Assembly (NCBI GenBank): GCA_965261195.1
Contig: CBDHDC010000002.1
Coordinates: 35,266-99,265 of the forward strand
Reading direction: 5' to 3'
DNA: 64,000 bases
Source of the DNA: Dehalococcoidia bacterium
Lineage (GTDB): Bacteria; Chloroflexota; Dehalococcoidia; Lucifugimonadales; UBA3495
Every line of letters starts with the position of its first letter. Within the stretch, counting starts at the first letter, position 1. Under the pieces are notes generated by a model. The model was given only the letters and a program-made list of their open reading frames with translations. It was not told where the DNA came from and did no database searches. The position numbers and the translations under genes are program-made. Below are positions 56,191 to 64,000 of this stretch, in pieces.

Positions 56191-57870
56191 GTGGGCTTCC
56201 AGACTGGTACTGCGTCCGGCCACCCAAGTGAAAGTACTATTAGGACCCTCACCTTGCGATTAAAATCAGCGCACATTAAGAAGTTCAAGCGATTCGTCGA
56301 TCTGACGATTAATGACCTGCCTGTCGATGCCAAGCTAGTCGTCCTCTTGGGCCCGAACGGCTGTGGTAAGTCCTCTTTGTTCGACGCATTCCAAAGACAC
56401 CTCAAAGTGAACCAATTCTTCGGAATGAGTGACGAATTCATAAGATACTACCGCCGTGCAACACCAGAGGATGTAACGGAAGCGGAAGAGGTGAGCTTAG
56501 ACTTTCACGGTGAGAATCCCACGTCCCCGGATGACCTGAAGAGAAGTCTCTACGTTCGTTCTGCTTACAGACACGATCCATCGTTCCAAAACACGACGAT
56601 TCAACAACAACCGGATGTACTCGACAGGCATGCGGTGCGCCGGCTAATCGACACCGATCAAACCGTTCAGAGCAACTACGAAAGGATTATCTGGCGCCTT
56701 CTTGGCAAGGTTACGACCCCTGGATTGACGACCGACGAAATCATCCAAGACACAATCGGTGACCTCCAGAAATCGATGGAGACCGTGTTTGGAGACATTC
56801 AACTTGACGCACTTGTTGCGGCCCGGGACACCGGCACGTTCACGTTCACCAAGCAAGAGTCTCGAAACTTCCTTTACGAAAACCTTTCAGCTGGAGAAAA
56901 GGCGGTTTTCGATCTGTTACTGGACGTCATCATAAACAAGGCCTCATTCAACGACTCTCTCTATTGCGTGGATGAACCAGAAGCACACCTGAACACCAAG
57001 GTACAAAGTACGCTCCTGAGAGAGTTGTACCGGCAACTTCCCGGGAACTCGCAGCTTTGGCTCGCAACTCACTCCATTGGGATAGTGAGAGCAGCTCAAG
57101 AAATTCTTGCAGAGCATCCCGGACACGTTGTCTTTCTGGACATGGGTTTCCGCAGCGACGGTGAGCCTCGGGATTACGATCACCCACAGGTAATTGAACC
57201 AGCGGAACCGGATCACGAATTCTGGGTGCGCCACTACTCCGTGGCCTTAGACGACATGGCAGGACTCCTGGCACCCGACTGCATTGTACTCTGTGAGGGG
57301 TCCGCGGCAGACGATGATCCAGGACTTGACGAGGCTTGCTACAACAAAATCTTCGCACGGGAGTTTCCCCGGACCCGCTTTGTCTCGGTCGGTCCTGCGA
57401 CTGTGGTGGAGAAACGGATGGGCGACCTTCTCCCTCTTATAGAGCGAATTATCAGTGGCACATCCGTTCTGCGGTTTCGGGATAGAGACGACTTGACGCA
57501 AGAAGAGATCGAGGACAAGCATGCTCAGGGTGTAAGCGTCATGTCCGCATACAGGAACATCGAGTCCATGCTGCTCTCTGATGGCGTATTGTGGAGGCTC
57601 TGCGACACTCATGGTAAGTCTGACTGCTTCGACGCCATACGAACGGCCCGAGACAATGCGCTCGGTCATGCCAGTGGCCAACATGCAATCGACGATCTTA
57701 AGCCTGCCGCCCAAGCTGTGCATCAGGCCGCCAAAACTCAACTGATGCTATCACGTGCCGGCGAATCGAAGCATTCCTTCATGCGTGACGTGCTAGCGCC
57801 GCTGATTACGGCCGATACGCCAGAGTACCAAGAGCTAAAGCGCGACATCTTCACGACCTTCGTTTCCTGA
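56191..57870 (+). CDS. ABC-type ATPase fused to a DUF4435/TOPRIM-like domain (OLD-family / PARIS AriA-AriB-fusion-like); start uncertain
   Basis: Walker A is LLGPNGCGKSSLFDA, the signature is LSAGEKAVF, Walker B is LYCVDEPEAHL and the H-loop is LWLATHS. The C-terminal IVLCEGSAADDDPGLDEACYNKIF matches the DUF4435 (h)VEG..D...Y pattern. Confidence 0.75.
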   Translation: MGFQTGTASGHPSESTIRTLTLRLKSAHIKKFKRFVDLTINDLPVDAKLVVLLGPNGCGKSSLFDAFQRHLKVNQFFGMSDEFIRYYRRATPEDVTEAEEVSLDFHGENPTSPDDLKRSLYVRSAYRHDPSFQNTTIQQQPDVLDRHAVRRLIDTDQTVQSNYERIIWRLLGKVTTPGLTTDEIIQDTIGDLQKSMETVFGDIQLDALVAARDTGTFTFTKQESRNFLYENLSAGEKAVFDLLLDVIINKASFNDSLYCVDEPEAHLNTKVQSTLLRELYRQLPGNSQLWLATHSIGIVRAAQEILAEHPGHVVFLDMGFRSDGEPRDYDHPQVIEPAEPDHEFWVRHYSVALDDMAGLLAPDCIVLCEGSAADDDPGLDEACYNKIFAREFPRTRFVSVGPATVVEKRMGDLLPLIERIISGTSVLRFRDRDDLTQEEIEDKHAQGVSVMSAYRNIESMLLSDGVLWRLCDTHGKSDCFDAIRTARDNALGHASGQHAIDDLKPAAQAVHQAAKTQLMLSRAGESKHSFMRDVLAPLITADTPEYQELKRDIFTTFVS

Positions 57871-58114
57871 GCGGTCAACTCGACGTCGGCCGCACGCGGG
57901 AGCTTGCCGACTGGATGCGGGCTGTAGGCTTAGTCCTGTGACGTACGTTGCCGGTTCTCACGACTCTGGTTTCATTCTCAGATAATGTGAGCCGAAAACG
58001 GCGACGTTCTCAAGCACAACGCAGGTTGCCGATAACGGCGTCGAAGCCGCCTTCGGGACGGGCGTTCTGCCAGTCCTGTCAGACGCCGGGGAATGTTCTC
58101 AAGTCGATACATCT

Positions 58115-58142
58115 AGTTCCGATAAGCGGCATTCTGTTAACT
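58115..58142 (+). other. dif/Xer-like site c
   Basis: AGTTCCGATAA-GCGGCA-TTCTGTTAACT. It ends 8 bp before the brnA stop. Confidence 0.55.
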
Positions 58143-58149
58143 TTGGCAT

Positions 58150-58458
58150 CTATGCCGTCCGCCCCTGCTTCGCTTCCATATAGCTGCGCAGAACTGCATT
58201 GATGCGCGTCTGATAACCGCGCCCCTGAGACTTGAAGAACTCCAGCACATCCCGGTCAATGCGCACAGAAATTGCCTGCTTCGAAGGCGGCATCACGACT
58301 CTGGCCTGCGACCAGTCGAACTCGCCTTCGTCTGGGTCCACTTCCGGTTCCAGACCAGCTTCTTGCTCCCGCCGCAGCCTTTCCCAATCTGTCTGGCCTT
58401 CACCCTTGCGGCGGATCGCCTCCTCCAATGACATACGCGTGATAGTCTCGTCGTTCAT
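58150..58458 (-). CDS. brnA: BrnA antitoxin (CopG/RHH-like)
   Basis: The translation contains KQAISVRIDRDVLEFFKSQGRGYQTRINAVLRSYMEA. Confidence 0.85.
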   Translation of the reverse strand: MNDETITRMSLEEAIRRKGEGQTDWERLRREQEAGLEPEVDPDEGEFDWSQARVVMPPSKQAISVRIDRDVLEFFKSQGRGYQTRINAVLRSYMEAKQGRTA

Positions 58459-58690
58459 TTGTTCGTGCCCGTCTTGCAGTAATAATTCTTCGGCGGCCGT
58501 TCCGGATCGTGTAGACCACTGCGATTTCGATTCCGTCCACTAATCCGACTGCGAGCCACCGCTCTTCCACCGTCCCCGTCGACAGTGTTTCCCGAAACGG
58601 ACCCTCGAAAATCCGGACGGCGTCCCTAAAGTCGATGCCACGTCGGTCTATGACTAAACGCCGTTTGCTCTCGTCCCACTCGAACTCCAT
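58400..58690 (-). CDS. brnT: BrnT toxin (DUF497)
   Basis: MEFEWDESKRRLVIDRRGIDFRDAVRIFEGP...IITARRA..NER. The likely start is M10 of the ORF-track entry. Confidence 0.85.
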   Translation of the reverse strand: MEFEWDESKRRLVIDRRGIDFRDAVRIFEGPFRETLSTGTVEERWLAVGLVDGIEIAVVYTIRNGRRRIITARRARTNERRDYHAYVIGGGDPPQG

Positions 58691-59131
58691 AGGACTTTCC
58701 CGTTGGAAGTGCGACATTCAGAACCCTTTCTGTTCTGCGCGTTTTGCATCCTGCCATATCTGTTCTCCTTGTTTTAAGTTTCGTTTATCGTTGTCAAGCA
58801 GGTGCTTCCGGCCATCCCTCACATAACAGGTGGATATCCGTAGTATGGATAAATGTATACACAAATTTAGCCTTGAGGGCAACCCTCTTCTCGCAAAACG
58901 TCAATCCGCGGATCGAGACTTTGCTCAGGCGTCGAGACCCTCGCATAGCCAAATCAAAGGGACTTCATTTCGGCACTGATTCCCGACTATCCATGATGTC
59001 CATATAAGGCCCCTCAATTGCATATCCCAACCGTACCAGGTATATGACACGCAAATTATGCCATTCTGCGTTAATCTAAGACCTTGCTAAAGATGGCACG
59101 TAGAGCCTACCTCTTACGGACACCCCAGCAG

Positions 59132-59709
59132 ATGACAGCAACCCTGATCGGCTACGCCCGTTGTTCCACGGACAAACAGGACCTGACGGCACAGAGGCAG
59201 GCACTCGCCGAACTCGGCGTCGCACCGGATCGCATCTACATGGACAAGGGTCTGACCGGCACCAACCGCGCCCGGCCCGGCCTGGATCAGGCCATGGCCG
59301 CAGTGCGGAAGGGTGACACCCTGGTGGTGCCGAAGCTGGACCGCCTGGCGAGATCGGTTCCCGATGCCCGCCACATCGCCGATCAACTGCAGGCCAAGGG
59401 GGTGAAGCTCGCCTTGGGCCACAATATCCATGACCCCAGCGACCCCATGGGCAAGATGTTTTTCAATATCCTGGCCACCTTTGCCGAGTTCGAGGCCGAT
59501 CTCATTCGGATGCGCACGTGAAGGGATGGCCATACCCGTGCCAAGGGCAAGTTGCGCGGCAAGCAGCCCAAGCTCTCCGAAAAGCAGCAACGGGAACTCT
59601 GCCGCATGCACGCCACCGGCGATTATTCCATCGGCGACCTGGCTGAAGTCTTCGCCGTATCGAGACCCACCGTCTACCGGACGCTCAGCCGCGCCGCTGC
59701 TTCCTCATG
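59132..59709 (+). pseudogene. serine recombinase (resolvase), copy 2: in-frame TGA after compensating -2/-1 deletions
   Basis: About 95% identical to copy 1 over 29393-29918. It has CGCACGTGAAGG versus CGCACGCGTGAAGG in copy 1, which creates TGA at 59519-59521. A further 1-nt deletion 20 nt later restores the frame, and the HTH tail ...VSRPTVYRTLSRAAASS is present. Confidence 0.8.
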
Positions 59710-59872
59710 AATCGATCCCTACCGGTGCCATGTAGCGCCAAACGAATCGTGCCATGTAGCGCTGAAAGTCACAATCAGGAGGTCTGAAGAGGGCAGGAAA
59801 CCGTACCTTTGGAAGCCGTCTCTAAAGCGAACGTTAAAGAGATGGCCAAGGCAGCCCGCAAAGGAGATATCC

Positions 59873-60055
59873 TTGGCTATGCCCGCTGACCAGGATGTTT
59901 TCGGCCAGGAAGACCGGTTACGGCAGGCCGTCGCCATTCGCGTCTTCATCGACGTGATCTCGGGCCGGCAGTTCGAGCGCCCGGGGCTGAGCGCGCTCAT
60001 CGACCATGCCCGCCCCGGCGACTGCCTCTGCGTCACCCGTCTCGACCGCCTAGGG
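59873..60055 (+). pseudogene. serine recombinase N-terminal fragment
   Basis: VFIDVISGRQFERPGLSALIDHARPGDCLCVTRLDRLG, after which similarity ends. It abuts IRc. Confidence 0.6.
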
Positions 60056-60112
60056 CAACGACCTACAGACTCGCCAAGGCGCCGTGCTGAAACCGCACGG
60101 CCAGTTTACCCC

Positions 60113-60150
60113 CTTAGCGTAATTCCAGGTACAAACCTTGCGATGACGCC
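60113..60150 (-). repeat. 38-bp Tn3-family terminal inverted repeat, IRc (same orientation as IRb)
   Basis: The reverse complement is GGCGTCATCGCAAGGTTTGTACCTGGAATTACGCTAAG, with the ACGCTAAG inner end seen in Tn21-type IRs. Confidence 0.75.
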
Positions 60151-60267
60151 AACTACGCCTCGATTTTCGCTGTCCGGGTGAGCGGGGCGCCAACTGGCTG
60201 ATTCCTCGAAAACCAACGCCGCCCGCCGTGTGCCTATTGGTCCTGCAGAATGAAGTCGCTGGGAGCG

Positions 60268-62199
60268 TCAACCACTGACAGGCTTGGGTGCCGCCGGTCC
60301 TAACTCCGTGAGGAAGGGACTTGCATGCAGATGGGCTAAGCCGTTCCGAGTGAATGCCGGTTGAATGCCAGCCTTGTGCACGTCGGCAATTGACATTCTT
60401 TGTGAATAGGTAATGATTAAAGTTCCTGGCTTGTTATGGTCTTTTTCCGCTTTGACGCGTGTAATTCCGACATAGAAAAGTCGGCGCTGTTCTTCAGCTT
60501 CCGCTTTCTGCTCAGCTAGACTTTTGTCAGGGTCCGGTTGGCGAGGCAAGAGCCCTTGTACGCACCCACAAACGAAAGTCACAGGTGCACTTAAGCCTTT
60601 GCTCTTGTGCAGACTCATAATGCGTACATCTTTGATCTCGTCTGGCACTTCCGGTTTGGAGATCACATTCGACAGTTCGGAGAGAAACTCACGCTTGCCC
60701 GCTTCACCGACCTCTTTCAAAACTTGCATTGCAATTTGGCGGAGAGCCCGTACCTTGTCGTCAGCTTCGGGAAGCAGGTGGTTAACAACGGCAGCTATAT
60801 CCGGAAGGCCTTCCAGCCTTTGGAGTTTCTCCCGTATTTCGCGAAAACGCTCAACAAGTACACCTGTGTACGGAATGGCTATAGTGCTCGCAGCGAGTTG
60901 TTCCAGTGCCTCCCAAGGTGTCAGACCATTCGACTCACAATGACTGCGGAGCCGACCATAGGCAGCAGCCCGCCAATCTCCGGCCCCAAATCCCAGAAGC
61001 CACCGAAGCGCAACACGATCCTCCGGATCGACAAAGAGTTTCAGAAACGCAAGTTGCTGCTGAGCGTCCTCCTCGTCCAATTCTCCCTCAGCATAATATG
61101 ATTTAACTGGAATACTGTCGCTGACCAGCCTTTCGTACAATGGAGTACCAATTACGCGGCGTGGTGCGAGAACAAGGATATCGCCTGGTGGAATATCTTT
61201 GTTTCTAACCATATCAACGATCCTGTCCGCCACACCACCAACTTCATTCCCTAACGATCTGTACTGAATGATTTGAACATCGCCGGGCCCATTCTGGGGC
61301 CGTGGAACAATGGTATGAATTGCTGGGCGATTTCGATTGTAAGCAATTAAACTAGCCGCCATTTCAGTGACGGTGGTCGGGCATCGTCGGCACTCATCCA
61401 AGGTGAAATCCCCGACATCCGGCTTAATATTGACCCACTCCCGAATGCCGTCTGGATGAGCGTGCCTGAAGCTGTAAATGGATTGATCATCATCACCCAC
61501 AATACAGTTTTCCGAACTGGGACCGAGGAGGTCGATGATACCCTGTTCTGCCTTGTTCAAATCCTGGTACTCATCCACAAGGACATGCGAAAATTCATCA
61601 TGCTCCTGCGCGGCGGGGTTGTTTCTCAAGTACTGATACAGATAAGGAATCACTTCGCCAATAAGCATTGCACGATGAAAGTTGAGCCAAGATCGCAAAT
61701 CACTTTCGAATAACTGGTCTTCCTCTGACTGAATGTATCCTGGTTCTTCGTGCTGCAAGCGCGCCCAAGCAGCCTCATAAGCTTTGATGAGCTTGTTGAC
61801 TTTCCTGACACCGCCATGTGCTTTTTTTTGGTCAGCAATCAGCGGTTTAATCTCAAAATCATTCAGCGGTCGGGGAATACGTCCTGTTGCCTCAAGAACA
61901 TGATTTCTACTCAGCATTTGAAGGGCCAAACTATGGAGGGTAACGCCTTTCATTTGCTCACACCCAGGAACTCCCATGCCCGCCAATTCACGGTGAAGGT
62001 CTCCAGCGGCGACGCGAGTAAAGGTGACGGGAAGGATTGACTCGGGCTCAACTCCATTTTCTAGAAGCCGGGCGACACGCCGTTTCATGGCGAAGGACTT
62101 CCCAGTGCCTGGGCCTGCAACCACTCTGATATGTTGTTTCATGGACGAAGCAATTTGGTATGCGGTGGTTCTGGAATCTAAATTGTCATTCCATGGCAT
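60268..62199 (-). CDS. UvrD/Rep-family (SF1) helicase, low GC
   Basis: The translation contains VVAGPGTGKSFAM, VLVDEYQDLN, and C-terminal SLHKSKGLSAPVTFV...FYVGITRV. Confidence 0.85.
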   Translation of the reverse strand: MPWNDNLDSRTTAYQIASSMKQHIRVVAGPGTGKSFAMKRRVARLLENGVEPESILPVTFTRVAAGDLHRELAGMGVPGCEQMKGVTLHSLALQMLSRNHVLEATGRIPRPLNDFEIKPLIADQKKAHGGVRKVNKLIKAYEAAWARLQHEEPGYIQSEEDQLFESDLRSWLNFHRAMLIGEVIPYLYQYLRNNPAAQEHDEFSHVLVDEYQDLNKAEQGIIDLLGPSSENCIVGDDDQSIYSFRHAHPDGIREWVNIKPDVGDFTLDECRRCPTTVTEMAASLIAYNRNRPAIHTIVPRPQNGPGDVQIIQYRSLGNEVGGVADRIVDMVRNKDIPPGDILVLAPRRVIGTPLYERLVSDSIPVKSYYAEGELDEEDAQQQLAFLKLFVDPEDRVALRWLLGFGAGDWRAAAYGRLRSHCESNGLTPWEALEQLAASTIAIPYTGVLVERFREIREKLQRLEGLPDIAAVVNHLLPEADDKVRALRQIAMQVLKEVGEAGKREFLSELSNVISKPEVPDEIKDVRIMSLHKSKGLSAPVTFVCGCVQGLLPRQPDPDKSLAEQKAEAEEQRRLFYVGITRVKAEKDHNKPGTLIITYSQRMSIADVHKAGIQPAFTRNGLAHLHASPFLTELGPAAPKPVSG

Positions 62200-62339
62200 T
62201 TAATGCATTCCTCCGAGCCTTTTGCAAAACTGTGGAGTCGTCGGGAATTATTGAGGGTAAGAGGTTGACTTGAACGGGACAGGCTGTCTTTGCTTCATGT
62301 CATGTGTTGTGCGACCACCACATGAAGGAGAAAACGGCC

Positions 62340-63029
62340 ATGTCCCTGCGTACGATCCTGTCGAAATACGGCTTCGCCTTGCAACGAGAGCTTTTCCCCA
62401 CGCTCGAAGAAGAACTCGGTCCCTTGGGCGAGCGCTACGAGTTATTCGTCACGGTGCTCGGGTTCGTGCCGGTTGAGCCATTCCTGACGTGCTGGCGTGG
62501 TTTGCCGGGGCGCCCGCAGGCGGATCGGGCCGCGCTGGCACGAGCCTTTGGCGCCAAGGCGGTGTTCGCCATCTCGACCACCCGCGCGCTCGTTGAGCGC
62601 CTTGTCATCGACCGGCCGCTGCGTCGCCTGTGCGGCTGGAGCCAGGGCGCGGCGGTCCCCAGCGAGGCGACCTTGTCGCGGGCCTTCAGCGACTTCGCTG
62701 ACAGCGCCTTGCCAAGCCGCCTGCACGAGGCGCTGATCGACAAGACCCTGCGCGATCATCTGGTCGGCCACGTCTCACGCGATTCGACGGCGATCTTGGG
62801 GCGCGAGAAGCCAGCCCCGAAGCCGCACCAAGCGGCTACGCCGAAACGCCGCCGCGGGCGACCGCGCAAGGCTGAACAACGACTGAACAAGGCGCCCCGA
62901 AGGCTGGCGCGCCAGTCCAACATGACCCTGCCGGAGATGCTCGCCGACCTGCCACGCACCTGTGATGTTGGCGTCAAGCGGGACGCCAAGGTGATCGGCC
63001 CCCACAAAGTAGTCCAACCTGAATGTTAG
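62340..63029 (+). pseudogene. IS5/IS4-superfamily transposase, N-terminal (DUF772-like) part only
   Basis: The translation runs MSLRTILSKYGFALQRELFP...GLPGRPQADRAALARAF..KAVF...RRLCGW...RRRGRPRK. There is no DDE domain before the stop. Confidence 0.65.
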
Positions 63030-63102
63030 TTCATGTTCAATGCTGGCTCCAATGAATACCTGACAGGGCTTGATCGAACCCCCTGGATTGTCCACAGGCC
63101 GG

Positions 63103-63261
63103 CTAGGCTGTCCAGTCGGCCGCGTAGCCAAGCGAGGCATGCGGCCTCGCCCTGTTGTAGTGCCGCCGCCAACTCTCAATCACAACCTGTGCCTCCCGCA
63201 GCGTGTAGAAAATCTCACCATTGAGCAACTCGTCACGCAACCGCGCATTGAAACTCTCGAC
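63103..63261 (-). pseudogene. IS3/IS481-type transposase C-terminal fragment (52 aa)
   Basis: The minus strand translates to VESFNARLRDELLNGEIFYTLREAQVVIESWRRHYNRARPHASLGYAADWTA*. The fragment is cut 13 bp from dif-like site d. Confidence 0.75.
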
Positions 63262-63274
63262 AGTAGGGACCTCA

Positions 63275-63302
63275 ACTTCGCATAAGGGTGGTTATGTCGC
63301 CT
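63275..63302 (+). other. dif/Xer-like site d
   Basis: ACTTCGCATAA-GGGTGG-TTATGTCGCCT. The left arm matches the XerC arm of dif (GGTGCGCATAA) at 8 of 11 positions. Confidence 0.6.
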
Positions 63303-63423
63303 TTGCACCAGTCGGCGCAATTGAGCGTAACGATGATCGCATGCTACGATACGATTACGTAACCGTGGCGACACCAAAAGCAGCTGTGGGAGGGGGGGCG
63401 TTGCACCGTCCCCTGAATCGTTT

Positions 63424-63639
63424 GTGGAGGGAGATATGATGAGTAGGGCTGCCAAGACTGCGAGGAATGACGCCCTCGTTAGGCGTATGAAAAGAGCCGC
63501 AAAGCGCCAGATGACCCCCGAGGAAAGGAAAGCGCAGCGAGTGTCCTTCATCATCTCTGCTGTTGGACGAGAGGATGATACCACTCGGAGAGAGGTGGAG
63601 GGGTATGTGAATGAGCGAGATGGAACTGACCACGGATGA
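63424..63639 (+). CDS. small basic protein, possible partner/antitoxin of the downstream Fic gene
   Basis: 71-aa ORF whose stop overlaps the Fic start (ATGA). Confidence 0.4.
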   Translation: MEGDMMSRAAKTARNDALVRRMKRAAKRQMTPEERKAQRVSFIISAVGREDDTTRREVEGYVNERDGTDHG

Positions 63640-64000
63640 TTGTGTATGAACTTACAAGTACGGAAAAGAACCCTGTTTACCAAAGGCTGGAATACTCCAA
63701 TTCCGATAGACAACTCGACTTCCTAAAGTCAATGGTGGCGGTGGCGCTGGAAACCCAGCGCTCTTTTCTTTCACAGACCCTTATCAAGGCTCTGAACTTC
63801 CACGCCATTGCTTGTCTTCATGTCAACGCGGGCGAATATCGTCCTTGCGAAGTGAAGGTCGGCAAATTCATCCCACCAGAGCACTATCGGGTAACTGCTC
63901 TGATGGATGACTTCGTGAACAGCGTTAACTTGATTTGGAACGGCAGCGATCCGTTTTTTTTATCCGCCTTTGTGCTTTGGAGGCTCAACCACATCCATCC
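63636..64000 (+). CDS. Fic/DOC-family protein, partial (runs off the window)
   Basis: Open frame MIVYELTSTEKNPVYQRLEYSNSDRQLDFLKSM...ALNFHAIACLHVNAGEYR...FLSAFVLWRLNHIHP. The window ends exactly where the Fic motif HPFxxGNGR would begin. Confidence 0.65.
   Translation, partial: MIVYELTSTEKNPVYQRLEYSNSDRQLDFLKSMVAVALETQRSFLSQTLIKALNFHAIACLHVNAGEYRPCEVKVGKFIPPEHYRVTALMDDFVNSVNLIWNGSDPFFLSAFVLWRLNHIH

Noticed and set aside
56191-62199. Gabija-like pair (OLD-type ATPase-TOPRIM plus UvrD helicase)
   Set aside because: The two genes are 2.4 kb apart on opposite strands. They are separated by BrnTA, a dif-like site, resolvase pseudogenes and a Tn3-type IR, so they are not an operon.
1-64000. tRNA, rRNA or tmRNA genes as integration targets
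   Set aside because: Scanning by eye for T-loop-like GGTTCGAATCC-type motifs and rRNA-like conserved blocks found nothing convincing. A tRNAscan or Infernal run would be needed to be sure.

Overview
High-GC (about 60% by eye) proteobacterial-type accessory DNA that reads as a mosaic plasmid or integrated-plasmid region. I saw no rRNA or tRNA genes and almost no housekeeping genes. Everything below comes from reading the six-frame translations and the nucleotide sequence by eye. No database search was run, so family names are motif-level recognitions and many start codons are approximate.

Layout, left to right:
(1) 0-8.2 kb: a decayed toxin-antitoxin region. RelE, its antitoxin, DUF5615, HepT and MNT all carry frameshifts or truncations. 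It also holds a ProQ/FinO-like gene and a TnpB-only IS200/IS605-type element inserted into a tyrosine-integrase gene.
(2) 8.2-23.7 kb: an ORFan-rich element with an intact copy of that integrase. It contains a five-gene minus-strand operon with two tandem paralogs of about 480 aa and no recognisable domains. It also has a divergent plus-strand module ending in a Prim-Pol/PriCT-type replicase, an AT-rich repeat-laden ori-like region, and a small Cas6e-C-terminal-like ORF next to degenerate type I-E-like repeat fragments.
(3) 23.8-26.9 kb: an iteron replicon (four 22-bp iterons, a large putative Rep, a ParG-like gene, ParA and a palindromic operator).
(4) 27.5-29.2 kb: AbiEi/AbiEii.
(5) 30.07-45.18 kb: a segment bounded by inverted 38-bp Tn3-family terminal repeats with no transposase. 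It carries vsr and a tightly overlapping operon of dcm, an ankyrin-sigma70 fusion, a GHKL ATPase, Z1, PD-(D/E)XK and AIPR, followed by VapBC and an HNH nuclease.
(6) 46.3-63.3 kb: five directly oriented dif/Xer-like sites divide the DNA into modules. These carry a Type ISP restriction enzyme with an IHF-like gene, a DUF2971-like gene with a TPR gene, a PchB-like gene with an invertase and an ABC-ATPase-DUF4435 (PARIS/OLD-like) fusion, and BrnTA with resolvase and IS debris and a UvrD-like helicase. A Fic gene is cut by the window end.

The most interesting leads are the sigma factor embedded in the Dcm-linked defence operon, the dif-like module array, the Tn3-IR-bounded defence cargo, the integrase-linked ORFan paralog operon, and the Cas6e-like relic.
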